A stretch of 57,549 bases of DNA from NCBI GenBank assembly GCA_050733355.1, contig JBOHSY010000312.1, forward strand, positions 1 through 57,549, in the 5' to 3' direction. The DNA comes from Gemmatimonadales bacterium. Its GTDB lineage: Bacteria; Gemmatimonadota; Gemmatimonadetes; Gemmatimonadales; GWC2-71-9. A program made the position numbers and the translations under genes. Shown piece after piece: positions 39,096-50,706 of this stretch. Within the stretch, counting starts at the first letter, position 1. Each line of letters opens with the position of its first letter. The notes under the pieces were generated by a model, which saw only the letters and a list, made by a program, of their open reading frames with translations, did not search any database and had not been told where the DNA came from.

Positions 39096-40798
39096 CCCGC
39101 CGCGCCGCCCCGCCGGTCCGCCGCGGCCGCGAACACCAGGGCGCTCAGCACCATCAGCACGACGCCGTACGCGGCTGCCACGCCCACGTCGGCCTGACGG
39201 AGACTGGACAGGATCTCGAGCGAGATCGGCCGGGTATCGTAGGTGTAGAGCACGATCGAGGTCACGAAGTCGCCAAGCGCCGTGACGAACGCCAGGGTCC
39301 CGCCCGCCACGAGCGAGGGGCGTAGCAGCGGCAGGGTGACCGCCGCGAGCGTGCGCCAGCGTCCGGCGCCGAGCGCCGCGGCGGCCTCGTCGAGCGATGG
39401 GTCGAGCGCCCGGAAGCCGGCCAGCGTGGCGCGGCTGGTGAGCGGCAGACTGCGAACCAGATAGGCGAGCGGGAGGATCCACACGGTGCCCACCAGGATC
39501 CAGCGCCCGGCCAGGGGCTCGCGCACGCTGAACGCGGTGGCGAGCGCGATGGCGAATACCGTTCCCGGCACGGCCCACGGGAGGCCGAGGAGCGCCTCGA
39601 GGATCCGCCGGCCGGGCGCCCGGCGGCGCACCACCAGAACCGCGGCCAGGACGGCGATCGCGATCGATACGGCCGTCGCCGCCGTCGCGAGCCCGAGGCT
39701 GTTGAGCAGCGGACGCAGGCGCACGGGATCCCGCACCAGCGTGGCGTAGTTGCCCAGCGTCCAGGCCGGCGGGATGGCCTCCGTGGTCCAGGTGCCGACC
39801 GGGACGAGCGACACCACGAACAGCGTCAGGTGCGGCAGGAGGAGCAGGCCCGCGAGCCCCCAGGAGAGGAACGCGAGCCCGGCGCGCGCGAGAGGCCGGC
39901 GCACCCGGACGGGCGCCGGCGCAGCGCCCTTTCCCCCGCCCCGCGCCGGCTCGCGGTCGGCATCGCGGAAGAGAACCAGCGCCGCGAGCGCGAGCACCGT
40001 CAGCGACACGGTCTCCACCATCGCCAGCGCCTCCTCGCCGTTGAGACGGGTGGCCACGATCTGCGTGGTCATCACGCGGTATCCGCCGCCGAACACGTAC
40101 GGGGCGCTGAACGAGGCGAGCGACGTCATGAAGGTGAGCAGCGCCGCCCCGGTGAGGGCGGGCCGCAGCGCGGGCAGAACGACCTGGCGGAGCGTCCGCC
40201 AACGGCCGGCCCCGAGGCTCGCGGCCGCCTCGAGCTGCGCCCCGTCGAGCGACAGGAGCGCGGCGCGCACCAGCAGGTAGAAGTACACGTACATCGAGTA
40301 CGCGTGCACCAGCAGGATCGCGCCCGCGCCCTCGAGCCGCCACGGCGGCTCCTCGAGACCGAGTGCCGCCTGCACCGCGCGGGCCAGGAAGCCGGACTCG
40401 CCGTAGAGAAAGAGGAACGCGACGACGCCCACCAGCGGCGGGAGCACGGCGGGGAGCGCCACGATCCCCGCCAGGAGCCGCCGGCCCGGAAAATCGTAGC
40501 GGGCGAACAGCACAGCGAGCGGTATGCCGACCAGCGCCGCGAGCAGGACACTCGCCAGGGACACGAGCAGGCTGCCCCTGAGTGCCTGCCACTCGGTGGG
40601 CCGCGCGGCGAACTCCCGCACATGCTCGAGCGTCCAGCCGCCGGGCCCGTGCACGCCTTCGACGAACACGAGCATCAGCGGATAGATCACCAGCCACGAC
40701 AGGAAGAGCAGAAGAGCAGAGGAGCCGAAGAGCCGGGGTGCTGCGCGGGGCCTTGGGCGGTCGAGCCGGCTGTCCGGCACATCTGCCCTTCCGCTCAT
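39092..40798 (-). CDS. ABC transporter permease, fused two-domain type (Fe3+/thiamine-family architecture)
   Basis: 568 aa with two homologous 6-TM halves, as in FbpB/ThiP-type permeases. The ATG overlaps the ATPase stop (ATGA at 40795-40798). Confidence 0.85.
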   Translation of the reverse strand: MSGRADVPDSRLDRPRPRAAPRLFGSSALLLFLSWLVIYPLMLVFVEGVHGPGGWTLEHVREFAARPTEWQALRGSLLVSLASVLLAALVGIPLAVLFARYDFPGRRLLAGIVALPAVLPPLVGVVAFLFLYGESGFLARAVQAALGLEEPPWRLEGAGAILLVHAYSMYVYFYLLVRAALLSLDGAQLEAAASLGAGRWRTLRQVVLPALRPALTGAALLTFMTSLASFSAPYVFGGGYRVMTTQIVATRLNGEEALAMVETVSLTVLALAALVLFRDADREPARGGGKGAAPAPVRVRRPLARAGLAFLSWGLAGLLLLPHLTLFVVSLVPVGTWTTEAIPPAWTLGNYATLVRDPVRLRPLLNSLGLATAATAVSIAIAVLAAVLVVRRRAPGRRILEALLGLPWAVPGTVFAIALATAFSVREPLAGRWILVGTVWILPLAYLVRSLPLTSRATLAGFRALDPSLDEAAAALGAGRWRTLAAVTLPLLRPSLVAGGTLAFVTALGDFVTSIVLYTYDTRPISLEILSSLRQADVGVAAAYGVVLMVLSALVFAAAADRRGGAAG

Positions 40799-41886
40799 CT
40801 GCTCTCCCGCTCCTCAGCGAAGAGATGGATTCCGCCCCCGCTGCGTCGGCTCGGCGCGAGGCCCACTCGATCGCCGGGATGCGCGGCGCTGCCGGGGCCG
40901 CTCACCTCGAGCAGTGTGCCCGCGTCGGTGCGCAGCAGATACAGCGAGTTCGCCCCCGCGAACCGCCGCTCGAGCACCATCGCGGCCAGGAGGCCGGGGT
41001 CCGGCCGGGCGAGCCAGAGCGCTTCGGGCCGCAGCAACACTCGCACCGCGCTCCCGACCTCGAGCGCGCGCTGTACGCCGGCGTCGGCCGGCACGCCCCA
41101 GACGCAGCTCTCGACCCCGACCCGCGCGCCCTCCGCCGTGAGGTCGAGGATCCGGCCCCGCAGCTCCGACGCGCGGCCGACGAACCGTGCCACGAATGGG
41201 CAGGCCGGAGCGTCATACAGCTCGTCGGGCGTGCCCACTTGCTCGAGCCGGCCGTCTCTGAGCACGGCCACCCGATCGCCGAGATCGAACGCCTCCTCCT
41301 GCTCGTGGGTCACGAGCACGGTGGTGATGCCGACCCGGCGGATCACGTCCCGGAGCTCGTGCCGCGTGCGCTCGCGAAGGGTGGGGTCGAGGTTGGAGAG
41401 CGGCTCATCCAGCAGCAGGACCCGCGGCTCGGGCGCGAGCGCCCGCGCCACGGCGACCCGCTGCTGCTGCCCGCCCGAGAGCTGGGCGATCCGGCGACGC
41501 TCGTAGCCGGCGAGATCCACCAGCGCGAGCGCCTTCGCGACCCGGTGCTCGAGGTCGCCGCCGCGTACCCCGAGCGACTCGAGACCGAACGCGATGTTGT
41601 CGCCGACATCGAGATGAGGAAACAGCGCGTAGTGCTGGAAGACCATTCCGAAGCGGCGGGCCGCAGGCGCGAGAGGGGTGACGTCGGCGCCCTCCACGAG
41701 GACCCGGCCGGCATCCGGCGCCTCGAATCCCGCGAGGAGGCGGAGCGTGGTCGTCTTGCCACTGCCGCTCGGCCCGAGCAGTGCCAGGATCTCGCCACGC
41801 GCGAGCGCGAGCCACACGTTGTGCACGGCGACCTGATCGCCGAATCGGCGCGTCAGGCCCTCGAGCGAGAGGAACGCCTCGGTCAC
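40795..41886 (-). CDS. ABC transporter ATP-binding protein (FbpC/PotA-like with C-terminal TOBE-like region)
   Basis: Walker A GPSGSGKTT, signature LSGGQQQRV, Walker B LLLDEP. GTG 41886 overlaps the SBP stop (GTGA). The ORF is open to 41931. Confidence 0.88.
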   Translation of the reverse strand: MTEAFLSLEGLTRRFGDQVAVHNVWLALARGEILALLGPSGSGKTTTLRLLAGFEAPDAGRVLVEGADVTPLAPAARRFGMVFQHYALFPHLDVGDNIAFGLESLGVRGGDLEHRVAKALALVDLAGYERRRIAQLSGGQQQRVAVARALAPEPRVLLLDEPLSNLDPTLRERTRHELRDVIRRVGITTVLVTHEQEEAFDLGDRVAVLRDGRLEQVGTPDELYDAPACPFVARFVGRASELRGRILDLTAEGARVGVESCVWGVPADAGVQRALEVGSAVRVLLRPEALWLARPDPGLLAAMVLERRFAGANSLYLLRTDAGTLLEVSGPGSAAHPGDRVGLAPSRRSGGGIHLFAEERESR

Positions 41887-42932
41887 GGCCGGCCGGTATG
41901 GCGCACGTGCCGGTCCCAGTAGCTCATCCATGCGGGGCCCCGGGAGGATGCGAGCTCCCAGTCCATCTCCGCCACCACCATCTCACGCTCCACCTCAGCC
42001 ACCCACGCAGGCACGCGGTCCGGCGGCAGATCGCGGCGCGCCGGGAGGCGGAACACCCCGCTGGCGGCGAGAAGCTGGCCGTCCACGCTGCCGACGAAGT
42101 CGATGAAGGCCCGGGCCACCTCGGGATGACGGCTCCCGCGCACCAGCCCGATCGCGTCGTCGATCACCACGGTTCCGCTCCGGGGAAAGACGTAGTCGAA
42201 CGGCATGCCCTTCGACCGGCCGATCAGGATGTCGGGCAGGTCCCAGAGCGTGACCAGGCCCTCCTGCCGCGCGAGCTTGGCGTCCAGTACCGCGGGGTTA
42301 AGCGCGTATGCCCTGGTCTGCGCGTCGAGCCTGCGGAGCCACGCCATCCCCTGCGCGGTATCCCCGGTCTCGCGGATGCTCCGCACCAGGATTAAGGCCC
42401 AGATCGCCCGCATGGTACCGCTGGCCATCGGGTCGCGGATCAGCACCTTGTCGGTCCAGCGGGGGGCGAGCACTTCGTCCCAGTCGTGCGGCGCCGTGGC
42501 GCGGGTGACCGCGCGCGCGTTGAAGGCGATGACTGCCGGTGTCCGGTACGCCGGATAGTAGAGATCGGCCGGCCCCGCCGCGCGACTGTCCACGGCCCCG
42601 GCCCACGCGGGGCGGTACGGCGCCAGCAACGAGTCCCGGACGCCGCGTTCGAACAGGGTGGTAGGCCCGCCGAACCAGACGTCGGCCTGCGGGTTGACCC
42701 GCTCGAAGCGGAGCCGGTCCAGGATCTCCTGGCTGCCCATGTCGAGCCAGCGTACGTCCACGGCGGGATGCCGTCGCTCGAACTCGCGCTCGAGCAGCGT
42801 GAGCTGATCCCGGCCATGGGGCGAGTAGAGCAGGAGGGGTGTTCGGTCGTCACGCGCGCATCCGAGCAGCGCGAGCAGCAGCAAAAGCAGTTCACACCGA
42901 GGCGCGGAGAACAACTTTCCGCGTGGTCTCAC
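41883..42932 (-). CDS. ABC transporter periplasmic substrate-binding lipoprotein (family 1, Fe3+/thiamine/polyamine-like)
   Basis: GTG 42932 gives VRPRGKLFSAPRCELLLLLLALLGC (lipobox LLGC). LLLYSPHG...DVWFGG is typical of this SBP class. The start is uncertain (alternative GTG at 42956). Confidence 0.72.
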   Translation of the reverse strand: MRPRGKLFSAPRCELLLLLLALLGCARDDRTPLLLYSPHGRDQLTLLEREFERRHPAVDVRWLDMGSQEILDRLRFERVNPQADVWFGGPTTLFERGVRDSLLAPYRPAWAGAVDSRAAGPADLYYPAYRTPAVIAFNARAVTRATAPHDWDEVLAPRWTDKVLIRDPMASGTMRAIWALILVRSIRETGDTAQGMAWLRRLDAQTRAYALNPAVLDAKLARQEGLVTLWDLPDILIGRSKGMPFDYVFPRSGTVVIDDAIGLVRGSRHPEVARAFIDFVGSVDGQLLAASGVFRLPARRDLPPDRVPAWVAEVEREMVVAEMDWELASSRGPAWMSYWDRHVRHTGRP

Positions 42933-43023
42933 GTCCAGGCATCCAGCATCTTGCACATGAGGCCCCGATAATGGCGGTTCTCCGCGTCCTCCGCGCCTCG
43001 GTGTGAACCTCTCGGAGCCCGGC

Positions 43024-45657
43024 TCATGAACCGGAAACACGTCCCAGAGCCAGAAGGTTCGCGAACAGCCGATACGCGCCCGGCACACCGGCGGGAAGCT
43101 GCCGGAAGAAACTGAGGCCGGTGTACACGTACGTGCCGTCGCCCACGCGGGCGACGAGCAGCCCGCCCTCGAGCGGCGCCTCGCCCTCGTCGTGGGTCTC
43201 GATCACCGGCACGTACGTCCGGTCCCACGTACGGGCGAAGTACAGCCCCCGCTCCTGAACCCACCCCGCCCAATCCGATGCCCCGATGGCGTTCGGCGTT
43301 CGGAGCACTGGATGCCGCCGGCTCACCGCGTTCACCGGCGCACCCTCGTCGGTCACCCGATCGTGGCTCACCGGCCGGCTCGGCCTTGCCGTCCCGCCGC
43401 GGCCGGCATCCTCCAGCACCAGCGGCCGCCCGCCCACCGAGAGCGGGTACGGCGCGTAGCCCTGGCGGAAGAAGTCGTGCTGCTGATATTGGACGATCAG
43501 CAGGCCGCCCTTACGGACGTAGTCGAGCAGCCGGGCATTCTGCCGGTCGAGCGCGGGCTCGGTCTCGTAGGCGCGAGGTCCGACGACGATCGCATCGTAT
43601 CGCGCGAGGTCGCCACGCTCGAGGGCACGTCCGTCCAGCAGCTGCACCGGTATACCCACGCCGCGGAGCGCTTCGGGCACCCGGTCGGCGGCGCCGCGGA
43701 CGTATCCCACCCGGGCGAGCTTCGGGAGCGCGAGCGGCGCCACGCGCACCGCCGCCACCGCCGGACCCACGTAGGCGCGGGGACGGACGTGCGGATAGTC
43801 CACTGTGAAGACCCCGGCGTCGTACTCGCGGCCCGACGCGTCGGCGGCCACGGCCCGTACCTCGACCGCGCCCGGCTCGAGCGACGCCGGCGGTCGTACC
43901 TCGAAGTCGAACACGATCTCCTCGTCCTCGCGGTCGAGCCGGAACCGCCGCGGGGCGACGCGCGGCCAGCCGGCCGGCAGCTCCAGGCGCACCTCCCCGG
44001 CCGTGAGGTCGCGCGCGCCATGGCGGAGCGTCACCGTGAAGCGCTTCGAAGCCGCGGGCGTCGACGACCACACCACCGTATCCGGATCGAGTTTCACGTC
44101 GATGCGGGGGACCACCGTCACCGGCCGCCGCCGCTCCCCGAGCGCTTGGTCGCGGTAGCGGAACGTCACCTCGCGCGGCTCGACCCCGTTGCCGAACTCG
44201 GCGATCAGGACGGGCTCGCCGAAGGGGGCACCCAGAAGCTCGGGCGGGCCGTCCGGCCAGGTGTAGAGATCTCCATCCCGGGGGCGCGCGAGGTAGTAGG
44301 GCTGGGTCGGAGCCGCGGCGTACGGCGTCTCGAGCTCGAGGGTCCAGGTGGCCACTCCGCCGGGCGACACCGTCGCCCCGGCGGCCGACTGCATGAGGCG
44401 GGAGCGCGAGGCGCTGGATCGCACGACGACGAGCGGAATGGAGATCGGGCGATCGCCCGGGTTCCAGCAGGTGGCACTCACGACCACCTTCTGGCCGGGA
44501 ACGACCCGGTCGTCATCCGCCACCGCGTCGCAGAGCACCGCCGACGCGAGCTGCAGCGCGCGCTCGATCCGGCTCAACTGGTCCCACTGCTCGGGGCTCG
44601 GCCGCCCCACGCTCACCGGCCCCGCCCCGGCACCCGCAAGGCCGAGGGCGAACCGGTCGAGCGCGTCGGCGAGCACCCTTGGCTCCCCCCGCACCGTAGC
44701 CGCCGTGACCGCCGCGGCCACCGAATCCCAGACCGCTCGCGATACCGCGCGGCCCGGCGACGCGGCGGCCACCGCCATCCCGACGAGCGTGGTGTCGATG
44801 CCGTCCCAGAGACCCGCGCGGGCTCCGCCAGTGCGATCCTCGACCAGGCGCAGACGCACCTTTGACGGCCCGATGCGCTGCAGCATGCCCATGTCCTGCG
44901 ACCGGTGCAGGCTCCGGCCGGCCATGGCGATCTGGTGATACGACCGACCCACGGCGGGATCGAGGACGCCGCCCTCCAGCACGAGCGTGGTCGCGAGCGT
45001 ATCAAAGCGGGTGCTCTGGTACAGTTTGTGGGGTGCCCACGGCGCGAATCCCTCGGCCGACAGGCGGGGAAAACGGGCCGAGTCGCCCGCGGCCTCGAAC
45101 GCCTCGCGCGCCGACCAGCCGGCTGCCTGGTGCTGCCCGTGTCCGTCCCGCGACGTGCCGCTGAAGACCGAGACGATGATCTGGGGCCGGAATCGTCGCA
45201 CGACCCGCACGACGTCTTTCAGGATCGAGTCGCGCGGCCAGTGACGCCACGTTTCCTCGAGCGACTTGGAGTAGCCGAAGTCGTAGGCCCGGGTGAAGAA
45301 CTGTCGGGCGCCGTCGAGGCGGCGGGCGGCGAGCAGCTCCTCGGTCCGCAGGAGACCGAGCGCCTCGCCCAGCTCGGGACCGATGAGATTCTGCCCGCCC
45401 TCCCCGCGGTTGAGCGACAGGTACGCGGCTTCCGCGCCCATGCTGCGCACCAGCACGGTGAGGAGCTCGGTGTCCTCGTCGTCCGGGTGAGCCCCGATCA
45501 TGAGCACGCGCTTGTAGTGTCCGAGCATGCGGAGCTCGTGCGCAAGCGCGACCGCGCCGCCGGTGCCAGGCGGCTCGAGTTGGGCAGTGAGTGGCGTAGC
45601 GGGAGCGAGGGCGCAGAGCAGAACGCCGAGCGCCCGGCGGAACGAACGACGGCGCAC
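43024..45657 (-). CDS. PIG-L/LmbE family deacetylase with large C-terminal extension (877 aa)
   Basis: Signal peptide. MIGAHPDDEDTE and the GHGQHQ zinc-site region. Long C-terminal beta-rich and ThuA/GATase1-like end. Confidence 0.8.
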   Translation of the reverse strand: MRRRSFRRALGVLLCALAPATPLTAQLEPPGTGGAVALAHELRMLGHYKRVLMIGAHPDDEDTELLTVLVRSMGAEAAYLSLNRGEGGQNLIGPELGEALGLLRTEELLAARRLDGARQFFTRAYDFGYSKSLEETWRHWPRDSILKDVVRVVRRFRPQIIVSVFSGTSRDGHGQHQAAGWSAREAFEAAGDSARFPRLSAEGFAPWAPHKLYQSTRFDTLATTLVLEGGVLDPAVGRSYHQIAMAGRSLHRSQDMGMLQRIGPSKVRLRLVEDRTGGARAGLWDGIDTTLVGMAVAAASPGRAVSRAVWDSVAAAVTAATVRGEPRVLADALDRFALGLAGAGAGPVSVGRPSPEQWDQLSRIERALQLASAVLCDAVADDDRVVPGQKVVVSATCWNPGDRPISIPLVVVRSSASRSRLMQSAAGATVSPGGVATWTLELETPYAAAPTQPYYLARPRDGDLYTWPDGPPELLGAPFGEPVLIAEFGNGVEPREVTFRYRDQALGERRRPVTVVPRIDVKLDPDTVVWSSTPAASKRFTVTLRHGARDLTAGEVRLELPAGWPRVAPRRFRLDREDEEIVFDFEVRPPASLEPGAVEVRAVAADASGREYDAGVFTVDYPHVRPRAYVGPAVAAVRVAPLALPKLARVGYVRGAADRVPEALRGVGIPVQLLDGRALERGDLARYDAIVVGPRAYETEPALDRQNARLLDYVRKGGLLIVQYQQHDFFRQGYAPYPLSVGGRPLVLEDAGRGGTARPSRPVSHDRVTDEGAPVNAVSRRHPVLRTPNAIGASDWAGWVQERGLYFARTWDRTYVPVIETHDEGEAPLEGGLLVARVGDGTYVYTGLSFFRQLPAGVPGAYRLFANLLALGRVSGS

Positions 45658-45719
45658 GAGCCCGGCCGGGAGAGGTCGGGGGGAAACTTAATCCCGGTCG
45701 GCGGGCCGGGTGAGAGGCG

Positions 45720-46223
45720 TCACCTCGGCGCGGCGCCGAGCGGCGTCTCCCGGATGAGCTGGCGGAACTCCGGATGCATCCGCCACAGGTAGGCCCCCAT
45801 CGCGACCGCGGCGAGCGTGTTCGCGATGAGTACGGTCCAGAACGGGAAGAGCTCGCGGGTCGTCTCCGACGCGAGCATCAGGAGGCCGTAGAAGAACACC
45901 TCGAAGACCAGGAACACCTGGAGCAGGGCGTAGCGGACCAGCGATTCCTTCGCGGCCCAGCGAACCAGACGGCATAGTCCGATTCCCAGCAGCAGGAATG
46001 CGCCGAAGTGCACCGCGGTATACGCGATCACGGCCCCGAAGTGGATGGTGTCGACGTTGGGGGTCTGGTCGCCGAAGAGCAGCACCTGGCCGAGCACACT
46101 GGGCGTGCGCAGCGGATGTCCCTGGATCAGGTCGAGAACGAGAAACCAGACCGCGACGGTGGTGGCTCCGATCGCACCCGCAAAGGTGCCTTCGTCGCCG
46201 GCGGAGAGTGGATCGCGTTCCAT
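45720..46223 (-). CDS. Four-TM membrane protein, paralogue A
   Basis: GAIGATTVAVWFLVLDLIQGHPLRTPSVLGQVLLFGD aligns with paralogue B. SD GGGGAGGG upstream. Confidence 0.6.
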   Translation of the reverse strand: MERDPLSAGDEGTFAGAIGATTVAVWFLVLDLIQGHPLRTPSVLGQVLLFGDQTPNVDTIHFGAVIAYTAVHFGAFLLLGIGLCRLVRWAAKESLVRYALLQVFLVFEVFFYGLLMLASETTRELFPFWTVLIANTLAAVAMGAYLWRMHPEFRQLIRETPLGAAPR

Positions 46224-46364
46224 GAACCCTCCCCGAAGGTGGGGGAGTGTGGCGCCGCCCCCGGCTCGTTGCTCGGGGCGACGGCCCGAAGCAGAGCCCC
46301 GGGCACCGCGCCGCCGCGGCCCATCCCTAGACTGCGGGGCTGGCCCCGCTTGCGCAAGAGGCGT

Positions 46365-46907
46365 TCAGGTGCGCGGCGGTGCGCCGGGAGGCGGCGCGGG
46401 CGGACTCTCGACCTCGTCCGCCAGCGGCACCTGCCGCAGCGACCGGCCGAGTTCGGGATGCCGCGACCAGGCAACCGCCAGCATCGTCGCGATGCCGACC
46501 ACCGCGGCAGCGACCATGGCCCATAAGGGGATGGCGTGTCGGGTGTACCGCGCGAGGACGTAGGTGTGCAAGGTGAGCCATGCGGTGGTCAGGACGATCG
46601 CGATCCACAAGCCCATCCGAAGCTCCCAGTGCTGCTGCACCAGGTGCACCAGCCGGACGAGCACGAGGCCCAGCACCGCGAACGTTCCGAAGTGGACGCC
46701 CGTGTACGCCCCGATAGCGGCCAGATCGAGTGGGGTAGCGCCGGTGGGGCGGTCGCCCCCGAGTAAGACCCGGCCCAGCGCGTTCGGAGTGGCCAGCGGC
46801 GCCCCGGAGAACAGGTCGACGATGAGCCACCACAGCGCGACCGCGCCACCCCCGAGCAGGCCGACGAGCAGGCCCTCCCGGACCGTCGAGTGGGTCTCCG
46901 CATTCAT
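46365..46907 (-). CDS. Four-TM membrane protein, paralogue B
   Basis: GLLGGGAVALWWLIVDLFSGAPLATPNALGRVLLGGD, and colinear TM pattern with paralogue A. Confidence 0.6.
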   Translation of the reverse strand: MNAETHSTVREGLLVGLLGGGAVALWWLIVDLFSGAPLATPNALGRVLLGGDRPTGATPLDLAAIGAYTGVHFGTFAVLGLVLVRLVHLVQQHWELRMGLWIAIVLTTAWLTLHTYVLARYTRHAIPLWAMVAAAVVGIATMLAVAWSRHPELGRSLRQVPLADEVESPPAPPPGAPPRT

Positions 46908-46928
46908 GTGCGCTTCCTGGTCAGCGAC

Positions 46929-47429
46929 TCAGGAAGTCTGCGGCGGAACGGTGGTGGAGGATGTGTCGCCGCTCACCGGTGCGGCGGGGCGATCGTCGTG
47001 CGGCGTGGCGTGCCTGGGCTGGAGGTGTTCGCCGGACCGGCGGGCGGCGCGCTCCCGTTCGCGGCGACGGCCAAGGATGAACGCGGTGACGAAGCAGATC
47101 AGGGCATCGACGAGGAGGATCTCGCCGGTGGTCTTCCAGAGCGGACCCGCCGGCTGATGGAGCAGCAGAAGCATGCCGACCGACACGAGGATGGTGCCGA
47201 CCCCGCGCAGTACCTCGTCGACGTTCTTCCACGCCGTCCGCCGGGCCCAGTACACGGAAGCCCATAGGCCCAGCACCCCGAGCACCAGGATGCCGTACCA
47301 GATTAGGATCCAGTACTTCCGGCCCGCGACTATTGCCCCTCCTCTCCAGCCATCGGCGGGGGCACCGGTAACGCGTAATGTTACCGTCGGTTGCCGGGCG
47401 TCACCAGCCCCCCGCGACAGCGGGGGCAC
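46929..47429 (-). CDS. Small membrane protein (3 TM, charged C-terminal tail); start uncertain
   Basis: KYWILIWYGILVLGVLGLWASVYW... The only canonical start is ATG 47429, which overlaps the DUF971 3' end by 49 nt. No ATG/GTG/TTG lies nearer the first TM. Confidence 0.45.
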   Translation of the reverse strand: MPPLSRGAGDARQPTVTLRVTGAPADGWRGGAIVAGRKYWILIWYGILVLGVLGLWASVYWARRTAWKNVDEVLRGVGTILVSVGMLLLLHQPAGPLWKTTGEILLVDALICFVTAFILGRRRERERAARRSGEHLQPRHATPHDDRPAAPVSGDTSSTTVPPQTS

Positions 47430-47728
47430 CCGCAGGCGGCCAGGAGGCGGGTGAACCCGTAGATGCCGGTGTCATGTCCGTCGCTCCACCGCACGCGCAG
47501 TCCGTACGCACCGACCAGCGCGATCGACTGCGGCCGGACGTCGGCCGGCACGGTCGCCGGGTCGAGCAGCGCTCGGCCGCTCATCTCCTCCACGCAGGCC
47601 GCGCAGGGGCACGCCAGCCGGAGGTCGCGCGCAGGGTAGAGCCAGACGTGCCCGGCGGCGTCCCATTCGACCAGGATCCCGTCGTCGCGCCGCTCGATGG
47701 CGCGGGGGACCGGCGGAAGCGTTGTCAT
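47381..47728 (-). CDS. DUF971 (gamma-butyrobetaine hydroxylase-like N-terminal) domain protein
   Basis: ILVEWDAAGHVWLYPARDLRLACPCAACVEE...LRVRWSDGHDTGIYGF matches the DUF971 pattern. The start is taken at MTTLPP (47728). Confidence 0.75.
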   Translation of the reverse strand: MTTLPPVPRAIERRDDGILVEWDAAGHVWLYPARDLRLACPCAACVEEMSGRALLDPATVPADVRPQSIALVGAYGLRVRWSDGHDTGIYGFTRLLAACGCPRCRGGLVTPGNRR

Positions 47729-47732
47729 GCTG

Positions 47733-47738
47733 TATAAT
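47733..47738. promoter_or_regulatory. Perfect TATAAT in the 16-bp divergent gap; -10 for an apparently leaderless acnA (reverse complement AATTAT/ATTATA may serve DUF971)
   Basis: The last T (47738) is 7 nt from the A of the acnA ATG (47745). On the other strand AATTAT (47739-47734) ends 6 nt from ATG 47728. There is no room for an SD on either side. Confidence 0.5.
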
Positions 47739-47744
47739 TGTCCA

Positions 47745-50564
<2,820 letters not shown>

Positions 50565-50706
50565 CCGCTATCCGCTATCCGCTATCCGCTTGGAGTAGGC
50601 GAGCCTCCGTGTCCTTGGACATCGGAGGCTCACTTGCTTCGGGGCACGCGGATAGCGGATAGCGGATAGCGGATAGCGGATAGCGGATAGCGGATAGCCG
50701 ATAGCG
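50565..50706. repeat. Composite palindromic element E6: (GCTATCC)x3, 58-nt core with GAGCCTCCG/CGGAGGCTC hairpin, (GCGGATA)x7 + GCCGATA
   Basis: Left heptamers 50567-50587. Core stem 50601-50609 / 50623-50631. Right heptamers 50648-50703. It fills the gap between the acnA stop (ends 50564) and the sigma-factor stop (starts 50707). It has the same unit, core and orientation as E5. Confidence 0.9.

Noticed and set aside
46929-47429. Frameshift or pseudogene explanation for the 49-nt overlap between DUF971 and the downstream membrane-protein ORF.
   Set aside because: Both frames are open and look coding. There is no evidence of a disrupted longer gene, so the overlap more likely reflects an unresolved (possibly non-canonical) start codon.
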